A stretch of 64,000 nucleotides of DNA, taken from the NCBI RefSeq assembly GCF_004010195.1, contig NC_057728.1, positions 42,723,552 through 42,787,551 of the forward strand. Direction: 5' to 3'. Position 1 is the stretch's first letter. Every line of letters begins with the position of its first letter. This stretch comes from Chiloscyllium plagiosum. Its lineage: Eukaryota. Position numbers and translations under genes: made by a program. The notes beneath the pieces are model-generated. The model had not been told where the DNA came from, made no database searches, and saw nothing but the letters and a program-made list of their open reading frames with translations. This document shows, one piece after another, positions 53,662 through 64,000 of this stretch.

Positions 53662-53823
53662 AGAGTGAAAGCAGGCTCCAGGTCATTGACCCTACATCTG
53701 AACAGCTGTCATATGTTGTGAAAGAACTTGTACCTCATACTGATTACATTATCAGAGTGTCAGCATTCACTAATGTTGGAGAAGGACCACCAACCTACAT
53801 TACCTTAAAGACACGAGAATATG
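53662..53823 (+). CDS. PTPRQ: PTPRQ exon (...SEQLSYVVKELVPHTDYIIRVSAFTNVGEGPPT...TREY)
   Basis: tgcag| and |gtatgt; phase 1 to 1. Confidence 0.95.
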
Positions 53824-53920
53824 GTATGTTACCAAAGAAACCATGATCTTTGTTTTAGAAATGAAAATGATGTCACAGATTTTTTGAAGTTAACTAAACA
53901 TTTTTCTTTGGTGGTTTTAG

Positions 53921-54100
53921 TGCCAAGTTCAGTGCAGAATATAACATATGAAAATATCACTTCTACATCTATTCTGATATTATGGCACCCACCTGTTATT
54001 CCGAATGGCATTATAACTCATTACACTATCTATGCTGTGGAGGAAGGCACAACTGAGGCATTTCAAGAAGTTGTAATGAGTAACAACATTACTCTAACAG
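53921..54100 (+). CDS. PTPRQ: PTPRQ exon (VPSSVQNITYENITSTSILILWHPPVIPNGIITHYTIYA...LT)
   Basis: tttag| and |gtattt; phase 1 to 1. Confidence 0.95.
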
Positions 54101-54263
54101 GTATTTTAAATAAATAAATGCTTGTAACTTAGACACAAAGTTGACCATCATGTTTTTAGAACTTTTTTAGAACTAATTAAACCTATTTGAGACATTATTT
54201 ATTAAGGCCAAATTGAAAAGCTCATTGAAAAATACCTATAATGGGACTGTATTTAGAAATCTG

Positions 54264-54473
54264 TTAAAAATCACACAACACCAGGTTATAGTCCAACAGG
54301 TTTATTTGGAAACATTAGCTTTCGAAGTGCTGCTTCTTCATCAGGTGGTTGTCACCTGATGAAGAAGCAGTGCATCAAAAGCGAGTGCTTCCAAATAAAC
54401 CTGTTGGACTATAACCTGGTGTTGTGTAATTTTTAACTTTGTCCACAACAGTCCAACACTGGCTCCTCCAAAC
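54264..54473. mobile_element. Second Penelope-like family end, inverted pair with hammerhead (54313-54347, - strand)
   Basis: Inverted arms; TSD TTTAGAAATCTG at 54252-54263 and 54474-54485; related copies near 5090-5250, 9075-9203, 21185-21315, 42145-42310. Confidence 0.78.
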
Positions 54474-56203
54474 TTTAGAAATCTGAACTGCAAATCATCC
54501 TGCACTAAAATCCATGGAGGGTAATCTGTGGCCAAAGCTCTTTCAATCCAAGATAAAAGTAAAGAAGATGTATTCTACTGTTGGGAGCAAGACATACATG
54601 AGTGTGATCATCACACATTTACTGGAAGGGGCATCGAGCAAAGCATGAGCTCTGAGAGATACTGCTTCAAATATCATGTACACCATTGCACTTTTACATT
54701 CAGTCTTTCATTGTGCTCAAGCTGATTAACAGATGTTTTTGCTCGGAGAGGTGACAGCTAAAGACGATGAAGTAGATGTTGAAGTATTCAAACCATGGTT
54801 GTTCTATTTCATTAAGGTATTTCTCTGTAGGCTAAGCAGCCATGTTTGCTGAGTTCTCTTAATAGCCATTCATTCAGCACTGGCATGCATAGACATTATG
54901 GATATTTCTCAGTAGTAATTATGGAGGCAAATCTTCTGGTCTCTGACTAGTCAGAGGCCAAATACAATCTGAAATATGTGTGTTGGGACTCCTTTGAGGT
55001 TCCAACACACTGACTACATGGTAATTGCACAGCAAGTTTAAAGTTACAGTCAAACTGTGCGTGAGATTCCTCAATTTATTTTGATTCCAATTGAGATGCC
55101 CCAAGTTTTCAGGTTCACTGGTGAAGCAGGTTGAACTGCCACCCCTTCTTCACTCATTCACCCCCTCAGTCGATCACTACAAAATTAATTTACAAATAAT
55201 CCCTTCCCTTTTGGATGCATTTCTTCCAGAACAAATTCATTTCTGCTTTTAAAAGCTGTAAATTTACTCAAATTTTATTGAGTATTTTATTACTGAATGA
55301 AGAAGAAATAATAACACAACACACATGTGCACAGATTAGAAATGAGATGGGAGTCCAAAAAATATGTAAGTTAAAAAACATACACAGATCAGTTTCTGAG
55401 TTCCGTGAGCAGTAAACAAGGGATGTAGCAGCATTATGCTGGATGATACTTGGTAACATTGATGTTGGTAGGTGAACAAAGTACTGTGAATGCTGGATCT
55501 GAACGAGAAACAGAAAGTACTAGAATCTGGCAACATCTGTGAAAAGAGAAACAAACTTAATGATTCAGATCCAATGACTTTGCTTCGGAACAGTTTTGAT
55601 GAAGTAATGAGCATGTTAATCCTTACTACATATCAGTCTGCTTGATTTATAAGTACACTTCAGGTTATTTTCTTCAGTGGCTTGATAGGGTGTGATGATC
55701 TGGAGGCTTGATGCTGTGAACTGTAAACTGTACTTCCAAGACAATATCATGTGTGATCCAGATCATAGCAGATTTGTGTGGCATGCATTCATTAAGCCTT
55801 TATAAAAATAAAGTTAGTAGGTATTTCCATGCTGACATCGCAGCCTTACATAATTTGGTTGTGGAAAGCACTGAGTATTTGATATCTTGATAGTTCTGTG
55901 ATTGTCAATGATTATCTTGTATTGAAACACTGCTGGTAGCATAGGCCACAAAATGTAAGGGCCAATAGTAGTTTTAAAATATTTTGAGAAAGAAGATGCT
56001 GCTTCCTGCTGTCTCCTGACATTAAAAATGAATCATGCAATTGATTTCTATTCAAGAATACATTTATGTTCCGCATGTATTGCTTAAGTCATTGTATAAC
56101 TTTTAACATGGGAGTGGTATCATGCCTCAGATCTCCACTCAAATGACTGCAATTAATTTAACTCCTTTTCCACAAATTCTGATATTTTTGTTTACATTTA
56201 TAG

Positions 56204-56311
56204 GTTTAAAAAAATTTACAGATTATAAAATGAGGGTAACAGCATCAACCTCTGCAGGTGAAAGCTCAGTCTCTGAAAAAGATGATATTTTTGTGCGAAC
56301 TCTTGAAGATG
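56204..56311 (+). CDS. PTPRQ: PTPRQ exon ([36 protein letters not shown])
   Basis: tatag| and |gtaag; phase 1 to 1. Confidence 0.96.
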
Positions 56312-57223
56312 GTAAGAAAAGTTTTGAAATAAATCAAATTTCAGCTTCCAATTATTTCTGTTATTACATCATTTACTCAACTCTCATTATTATCAACTTG
56401 TTTAAACTATTCTTATGCCCTCCTTTTCATCACTGGTTTGTGAAACAGATTTTTCAAGCATACTGTGACCTATCTTGATCCATCCATCCAAAAGGGCTTG
56501 ACAGCTACATGACTGAAAGGTGGTTGCTTTTTCAGTGATTCCAGGAACAGGCTGAGGCTGTTTTCCCTGGAGCGTCGGAGGCTGAGGGGTGACCTTATAG
56601 AGATTTATAAAATCATGAGGGGCATGGATAGGATAAATAGACAAAGTCTTTTCCCTGGGGTGGGGGTGTCCAGAAGAAGAGGGCATAGTTTTATGCAGGC
56701 TCAGTTTAGCATTAGGCATGTAAGTGACTGTCGTGGAAGATACAGGTCAGCTTTTCCTATGCAGTTACTCAGTTTATTATACATGTTTGTGTGAGCGGTT
56801 TAGCAAATCCTGCAATGGACCAAGGGAGGTAAATGCTCTGCCCAGTATCTTATGGGGTCGAAGGCCCTGGCATCACATGTAAAGGGCACGAGGATAGCAT
56901 TCACTCATTGCAATGAGTATGACACAGGTTCACAGTTTGGATGTCTGCACCGAACCTTCTGGTCCTTCCATTGTTGCCGGTCTGCTTCCCTTCCTTGACC
57001 TGTCTCCATTACACTTCACTCTCCCTCAGTAGTCCTCCATGCCTATAGCATGGCATAGATGAATGCTTTCCAAAGTGACTTCAGTTTCTCTCTTATATAT
57101 TTTCAAATTCATTTATGGGACAATTACATCATTTAAAATGCATCTGGATGGGTATATGAATAGGAAGGGTTTAGAGGGATAGGGGCTAAATACTGGCAAA
57201 TGGGACTAGATTAATTTAGCATA

Positions 57224-58050
57224 TAGAGTCATAGAGATGTACAGCATGGAAACAGACCCTTTGGTCCAACTCGTCCATGCCAACCAGATATCCCAACCCA
57301 ATCTAGTCCCACCTGCCAGCACCTGGCCTATATCCCTCCAAACCCTTCCTATTCATATCCCCATCCAGATGTTGCAATTGTACTAGCCTCCACCACTTCC
57401 TCTGGCAGCTCATTCTATACACGTACCACTCTCTGCATGAAAAGGTTGCCCCTTAAGTCTCTTTTATATCTTCCCCCTCTCACCCTAAACCTATGCCCTC
57501 TACTTCTGGACACCCCCACCCCAGGGAAAAGACTTTGTCTATTTATCCTATCCATGCCCCTCATGATTTTATAAATCTCTATAAGGTCACCCCTCAGCCT
57601 CCGACACTCCAAGGAAAACAGCCCTAGTCTATTCAATCTCTCCCTATAGCTCAAATCCTCCAACCCTGGCAACATCCTTGTAAATATTTTCTGAACCCTT
57701 TCAAGTTTCACAACACCTTTCTGATAAGATGGAGACCAAAATTGCACGCAATATTCCAACAGTGGCCTAACCAATGTCCTGTACAACTGCAACATGACCT
57801 CCCAACTCCTGTACACAATGCTCTGACCTATAAAGGAAAGCACACCAAATGCCTTCTTCACTATCCTATCTACCTGCGACTCCACATTCGAGGAGCTATG
57901 AACCTGCACTCCAAGGTTTCTTTGTTCAACAACACTCCCTAGGACCTTACCATAAAGTATATAAGTCCTGCTAAGATTTGCTTTCCCAAAATGCAGCACC
58001 TCACATTTATCTAAATTAAACTCCATCTGCCACTTCTCAGCCCATTGGCC
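57224..58050 (-). mobile_element. Young CR1/HER1 LINE 3' portion inserted in another CR1 tail
   Basis: 212-aa open ORF MGQWAEKWQMEFNLDKCEVLHFG...RGDLIEIYKIMRG. Confidence 0.92.
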
Positions 58051-59586
58051 CAACCGAAGGGTCTGTTTCCACGCTGTATCACTCCATGACTCTCTGTGGA
58101 CATTGCTGACTAGCTGGCATTTATTGGCTATCGCTAATTGCCCAAAGGGTAGGTAAGGGTCATATTGTCACGTGTAAGCCAAATCAAGTAAGAATAGCAG
58201 ACGTTCTTCCCTAAAGGACATCAGTGAACCACATTAGTTTCTTATGACAATTGCTATTAAGCCAGCTTTTTATTCAGGATGTTTATTGAACTCAGATTTC
58301 ACTGTCTGCCCTGGTGAGATTTAAAACCAGGTTCCCAGAACAGTAGCCTCAGGTTCTGGATTTCTCGTATGGTGACATTACCACAATATTATCACCTCCC
58401 CATAGAAAGGCATCAGTCAGAAATCATATAATACTTGCTTGCAAAGAACTTTATTGTGAAGACAAACATAATTCTGGCAAGGCTGGCTTTTAATAAGCTT
58501 TAATGAGGTGCAGATGCTTGGCAAATGGCATTGTAAAGCTTGATCTGCCTTACAAATGTCCAGGAACTCAAGTTCATACTTGCAACTCTCTGTCAGGAAT
58601 CTGAGGTTGAGATTCACTTGCTGTCATGTTCCTCAGTCTGCCTTGTTTCCTGCCTCTGGGAGCAGCACAAGACTCTGTCCCAAGGTTTTATCATCCCCAT
58701 TATGTGTGGAATCTGTTCCAAGTATTAATCATTAATTTTGTGAAGATGAAAATCATTTTATTCGTCTTAGATTTAAATTGAAAAAATGAATTTAAGTACT
58801 CATGTCCAGTTGTTTGTGGATTGAACATATCTGACAATTTTCTACTTTGTGATGTACATGCCAGTGTTATGTCAGTACAGGAAGAGCTTTGCTAGGAACA
58901 TGACTGAAGCTTAGGTTTTCAATAGTACAATTGGAATTTTATCAGGATTCAAGCTGTTTGCTCCATCCAATGTATTTAGCAGTTTCTTAATATCCTGGGG
59001 AGTGAATTGAATTGTCTAAGACTAACATCTAAAGGCTCTTGTTCTTCAATGGGAGCACCCTACCTCCAGACTGAGAGACCCAGGTCAAGTCCCACCTGCT
59101 CCAGAGCTGTGTAATAACATCTCCGAATAGATTGATTAGAAAAACATTGGTTAAATTTTAAAAAAGGCAAGCATCTTTGGTGCAGAGGTTTATCATTCGC
59201 CTGGATCTTCTGGCTGTGGATTGTTGCATTGATGTGCTGGGCTCTCCAATCATTGAGAATGAGGAGGTTTTTCAAACTTGTCCCTCCAGTTAGTTGTTTA
59301 GCTGACTAACACCATTCATTACTGGATATGGTAGGACTGTAGATCTTTGATCTGATCCACTGCTGTGGGATTACTTAGATCTACCTATAGTATGCTGCTC
59401 TCACTATTCAGGATACATATTGGCTTTCCACTCAACACTTTTTCTGAGCACCATCCTTGGATTTATTTTTCAAGCTTGCATCAGTTTGATAGTGCAAGTT
59501 AAACATTTTTTGTCATCATTAAATATTATAAGTATTTCCAAAACAACCAAAGATAACAAAATTACATTCTTTTCTGTCCTTTTCAG

Positions 59587-59868
59587 AACCAGAAACACCA
59601 CCTGAAAACTTAACCTTCAAAAATGTAACTGAAACATCTGCATACTTGAGCTGGTCACCTCCAGAGAAGCCCAATGGAATTATTACATACTATGAAGTTA
59701 CATACACTAATTATACTGACTCTTTTACAATGAACAGTTCAGAAACAAACATTTACCTAGAAAACTTAAAAATATTTTCTCCCTATAACGTCTCCATTAA
59801 AGCATACACCAAGTATGGCCATGGGAATCAAACATCTCCAATTGTGTTTTTGGTGACAAAACATGATG
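59587..59868 (+). CDS. PTPRQ: PTPRQ whole-FN3 exon (EPETPPENL...WSPPEKPNGII...YTKYGHGNQTS...KHD)
   Basis: ttcag| and |gtaagc; phase 1 to 1. Confidence 0.96.
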
Positions 59869-60204
59869 GTAAGCACTGTTTTGTAATACTGAGAATTTAG
59901 GTTTCTGCCAAAAAAAGAAATGGAAGTACATTGCTGGAAAACCAGAACTTTTGCTCAATACATCATGCATATTTTCTGCAGCTGGATTACAATTCTGATC
60001 TAATTAAACAAAACATCTGTAGTAGAAATTGATAGCTCCTTTTAACTGTTTGCTCAACTGGGAGAATTGTTTCACCCAAATGCTAACCAGTTAAATGGGA
60101 CTTGCCGTCCATTTATTAGTGAGAACAAAGAGTTAACAATAAACTGGCAGATTTATTCTACCAAAATCTGTCCAGTTTAAAATATTCCAATGCTTTCTTT
60201 ACAG

Positions 60205-60476
60205 TTCTTAGCAGTCAACCCTTTAATGTGACCTATAAGTACATTAGTTCCACTGAAGTAGTAGTTTCATGGAACCCACAACCAAATACCAGTGGCATTA
60301 CATTATTCTATGTCGTAAACCTTTGGAATGTCTCCCACTCCATTCAAATCAAAAGACATTCGTATGTCTATCTAACTTTCTCAAATTTTCCCAGCACTGG
60401 ATTGCTATTGTTACTAACACAGTATTTGAAAATGGAAATTAAACAAACTATATTTTGAATATGACTTCAGAATTTG
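60205..60476 (+). pseudogene. Decayed whole-FN3 pseudo-exon of PTPRQ
   Basis: Good acceptor tttacag|. Reads LSSQPFNVTYKYISSTEVVVSWNPQPNTSGITLFYVVNLWN, then frameshifts to SNFLKFSQHWIAIVTNTVFENGN*TNYILNMTSEF (TAA at 60440). The expected donor reads g|ataat. Confidence 0.75.
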
Positions 60477-60745
60477 ATAATTTAATATAACAATGTGGTG
60501 GTTCTGACAGAACATGTTCATTATTTGGGATTATGAAGTTACTTGTGAAAGGATTGATAGTTAAATATATTGTGCTATAGGATTTGAATCTATTACTTCA
60601 AGGAATCTCAATGAGGTGCTCTAATTCTTATAAGAAATTTTAAAAATTGGTGCATATGTGCATTTCTGGGGTGAGTCATGCCAGATACCATAATGGTGTA
60701 GGCATTAGCAAACAAGTGGTGAATGGCTGTCAGCACAATGCAGAA

Positions 60746-60862
60746 AGTGAGGACTGCAGATGCTGGAGATCAGAGCTGAAAAATGTGTTGCTGGAAAAGC
60801 GCAGCAGGTCAGGCAGCATCAAAGGAGCAGGAGAATCGATGTTTCGGGCATAAGCCCTTCTT
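60746..60862 (-). mobile_element. Penelope-like end
   Basis: TSD CAGCACAATGCAGAA at 60731-60745 and 60863-60877; hammerhead-like core on the - strand. Confidence 0.75.
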
Positions 60863-61945
60863 CAGCACAATGCAGAACATAATGTCAGTGATCTGAAACC
60901 AATGGTACCACATTGAAGCTCAACACACGACTAATGCTGCTACTTAACCTCTGATGGAGAAGGAAGAGAAGCAGGGGTAATGTGATTGTTAAACATTCAC
61001 TGATAAGGACTAACAAGCCAATCCATTCTATCTAACTGCTACAAAGTCTGTTGTTGTTGGGAGAGGTGTAGCCCTGGAAATCCTTAATAATGACTCTGAA
61101 ACCCATCAAGTCATGGCATCAGGTCAATTTAAGAAATAAAACCTCCTGCCGATTACTACCTTGTGCCCCAAGTGCAATTAAGAATGAGTAATGAATGCTA
61201 ACCTAACCAGTTGTGTTCACAGTCCTTGAATGAATTTACAAAAAGTGTGAAGAGGATGAAGAAGAGAGTACACATTCTAGACAGCTCCTTCCTGACCATG
61301 AGAACATGAAGTTCACATCTAGGTGTGACTGCAATAGCTGTAACATTGATAACTCATTTACCAAAATTCTCATACTTATTATGCCATTCCTCTGATATTG
61401 ACCATCACAGCATCCATAATATGTGAGTAAAAGCCACCATAAAATAAACAATCTAAACCAAATTTAAGAATGAATATATTCCTTAGATAAATGTCAACTA
61501 TTTACATTTGTGCATTCCTTCGTATCCACATTCCATTTGCCTGTCCTACTCTTTCTCTGCAGTATTATACAAGTTGCTGCAACAGGGCTGATAGAAAGCT
61601 ACTGAAGTGCAGTGAAGGAGCCTGAAAATGTCCATGAATAATGATTTTGAACAGTTTGATGAGGGTAGGGTAGGAAATGTCATTTTGAGAGTGACCTGCA
61701 AGTCTGTGCTCCATGGAGCCAAGACCATTTTCCCAAGCCTCTGCCTCAATAATATTATAATCTGTTGAAGTACAGATTATTGGACTCCTGTTACAGCTTG
61801 CTGGCTACTTTGTACGCTTTCATCCACAGTGATAGTAGTAGCCACTTGATCTTCCAATCTAGCAATCTGACCCACATAGCCTCAGTATTTCAGCATTCAG
61901 TCATCTGGTGGAAACCACTTGAGCTGCAATTGAAATTAAGACATT

Positions 61946-62267
61946 GATTAGATTAGATTAGATTCCCTATAGTGCAGAAATAGGCCCTTCGGCCCAACAA
62001 GTCCACACCGATCCTCCGAAGAGTATCCCACCCAGACCCATTCCCCTACTAATGCACCTACCACTATGGGCAATTTAGCATGGCCAATTCACCTAACCTG
62101 CATATCTTTGGACTGTGGGAGGAAACCGGAGCACCCGGAGGAAACCCATGTAGACACGGGGAGAATGTGCAAACTCCATGCAGGCAGTCGCCCAAGGCTG
62201 GAATCGATCTCGGGTCCCTGGCGCTGCGATGTACCAGTGCTAACCACCGATTCACCGTGCTGCCCCA
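61946..62267 (-). mobile_element. Full-length HE1-like V-SINE (tRNA-derived head, CR1-derived tail)
   Basis: GGGCAGCACGGTG...GGTTAGCACTG head, conserved V-domain (TCCGGTTTCCTCCCACAGTCCAAAG), (AATCT)n tail. Confidence 0.85.
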
Positions 62268-62568
62268 AGTAGATTGGTCAGTAGATACTGCATTGTGACT
62301 GATTCCATTGTGCTGATGGACTTGGCCACCTGTATGCTTAGAGAATGAGATCCATGCTGAGTTGTTGCTGGATTCTTTTGTGCTCCTTGATATTTACCAT
62401 GAGCTTTAATGCAGGATCAAGCATGTTGTTGTGCCTTTCCACAAGTCACCACACTGAAATGCTCTTCTAAGTTCTCTGGTGCAGGACACATATGCAACTT
62501 TGCTCTCCACTGAGAAGTATCTTGTCTTTTGCTCTTGTAGTCCAGCTGCATACAATCCCATGAGTATG

Positions 62569-62765
62569 TAAAAACAAAGACTGCAGATGCTGGAAACCAG
62601 ACTCTAGATTAGAGTGGTGCTGGAAAAGCACAGCAGGTCTGGCAGCATCCGAGGAGCAGGAAAATCTCTAGATTAGAGTGGTGCTGGAAAAGCACAGCAG
62701 ATCAGGCAGCATCTGAGGAGTAGGAAAATCTCTAGATTAGAGTGGTGCTTTTCCAGCACCACCCT
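62569..62765. repeat. Penelope-like end with internal 64-bp tandem duplication
   Basis: CTCTAGATTAGAGTGGTGC recurs at 62602, 62666 and 62730; TSD AATCCCATGAGTATG at 62554-62568 and 62766-62780. Confidence 0.8.
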
Positions 62766-63138
62766 AATCCCATGAGTATGCCATCCTCAGCATCTACTCA
62801 TGATTGTTGGTATGAAGACATGTGATGGTGTATCTCTTTCATCACTCTTCTTACTGTTACTCACTGCCTGCCCAATTCTTGGTCATCTAAAAAGTGAGAA
62901 TAAATTTGTGATTTGGGGAATTGGGTGGAGGAAAAATGAGCCTGACCCTGGTTACAGGTGGATCTACATTCAAAGACACAGGCAATAGCCAGTCCATAAC
63001 CAATCTAATAGAATATCCACAGTTATAACTGTAGGTTTCACTATCTTTATTATATTATTTATTTGATCATATGCACTGAGTATATTAAACATTGTTTGAA
63101 ATTAATTTTCTATTTTTACTTTTATGTTTATTTTACAG

Positions 63139-63321
63139 TTCCGGATAACGCACCTCAAAATATCACATACATATTTCTCCCTCCTTCTGATGTTGAAATA
63201 TCCTTTCTACCACCATCAACTCCCAATGGAATTATCCAGTTCTATACACTCTATCTTGGAGCTCAAAATAGTAGTGATGTGCTGATTACAAACAGTACAA
63301 ATTTGACTGTCATTGTTACAG
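63139..63321 (+). CDS. PTPRQ: PTPRQ exon (VPDNAPQNITY...SFLPPSTPNGIIQFYTLYL...VT)
   Basis: tacag| and |gtaaat; phase 1 to 1. Confidence 0.95.
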
Positions 63322-64000
63322 GTAAATTAAACTATTGACAGTTGTCATGTTTTATAGAAGAGACTTTTGAATTTAAAATTTCTGGTGGGTATAGGTGCTT
63401 CATTTATTTTTCTTAAGGAAGTATTTTCTCACATCACTCTTACTTCACTTGCGCAACACTTTAAATCTATGCCCTCTTATTCTTGTTCCTTTTATGACTG
63501 GGAACAGCTTCTCCCTACCTCATCTATCCAGTCTACTTGTAATTTTGAAAGCCTCCACCAAATCACTTATCAGCCACCTTTTGTCCAAGAAATCTCCAAT
63601 TTATCCTCATAACTGAAGTTTCTCACTCCTAGAACCATTCTTGTAAATTGCTTCTGCACTTTCTCCAGTGTGTTCACGTCTTTCCTATGTGGCACCCACA
63701 ACTGTACATAATACTCCAGCAGAGATCTTATAAGTGTGTTCTATGGAGTGGATTGGCAATGTGCTTAGAGGCTGGCACATGTTACATGCCAATATCTGTG
63801 GATATGGGGTGCATGTGGCTGGTCCCCATGGAGCGTGCGCTGAGATGTTTATGCCTGGCTTCCAACACGGAAGCCTTTTAGACCAAGTGGTCAGCTGAAG
63901 TTGGCAGGTATCCTCTCTGACATCCATGTTGAGAAATCTTGAGTCTGGTTTGCTCACAGTGAATGGTTGAATAGGAAGCTACATATTGATAATGAAAATG

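Larger units (their letters stand above)
4202..63321 (+). other. PTPRQ: Partial PTPRQ gene (extracellular FN3-repeat region); gene continues beyond both window edges
   Basis: The joined exons give peptides such as [88 protein letters not shown] and VPDNAPQNITY. From memory these match mammalian PTPRQ in the same order. All introns are GT-AG with compatible phases. Confidence 0.95.

Noticed and set aside
62200..62267. tRNA-like A/B boxes
   Set aside because: Head of an HE1-like SINE, not a tRNA gene.

Overview
Vertebrate genomic DNA, very likely an elasmobranch (shark), judging by HE1-type V-SINEs, CR1/HER1 LINEs and Penelope ends. The + strand carries part of PTPRQ (receptor-type PTP/phosphoinositide phosphatase). 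I resolved 18 phase-compatible internal coding exons, a probable internal signal-peptide first exon at 14150-14206 and a decayed FN3 pseudo-exon at 60205-60476. The main surprise is a young, GC/CpG-rich provirus on the - strand in the intron between exons 27997-28234 and 37322-37450. It spans 30929-35956, has TG...CA ends and a 5-bp TSD GTCAC, and its LTRs are about 730 bp. It keeps the C-terminal half of an integrase and a long env ORF that resembles paramyxo/pneumovirus F (class I fusion) proteins more than a classical retroviral SU/TM, i.e. it is lokiretrovirus-like. gag, protease and RT are absent and replaced by AT-rich host-like DNA. The introns also hold many Penelope-like element ends carrying minimal hammerhead ribozymes of several families. 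Three N-gaps (2803-2899, 31437-32067, 35209-35631) limit what can be seen.
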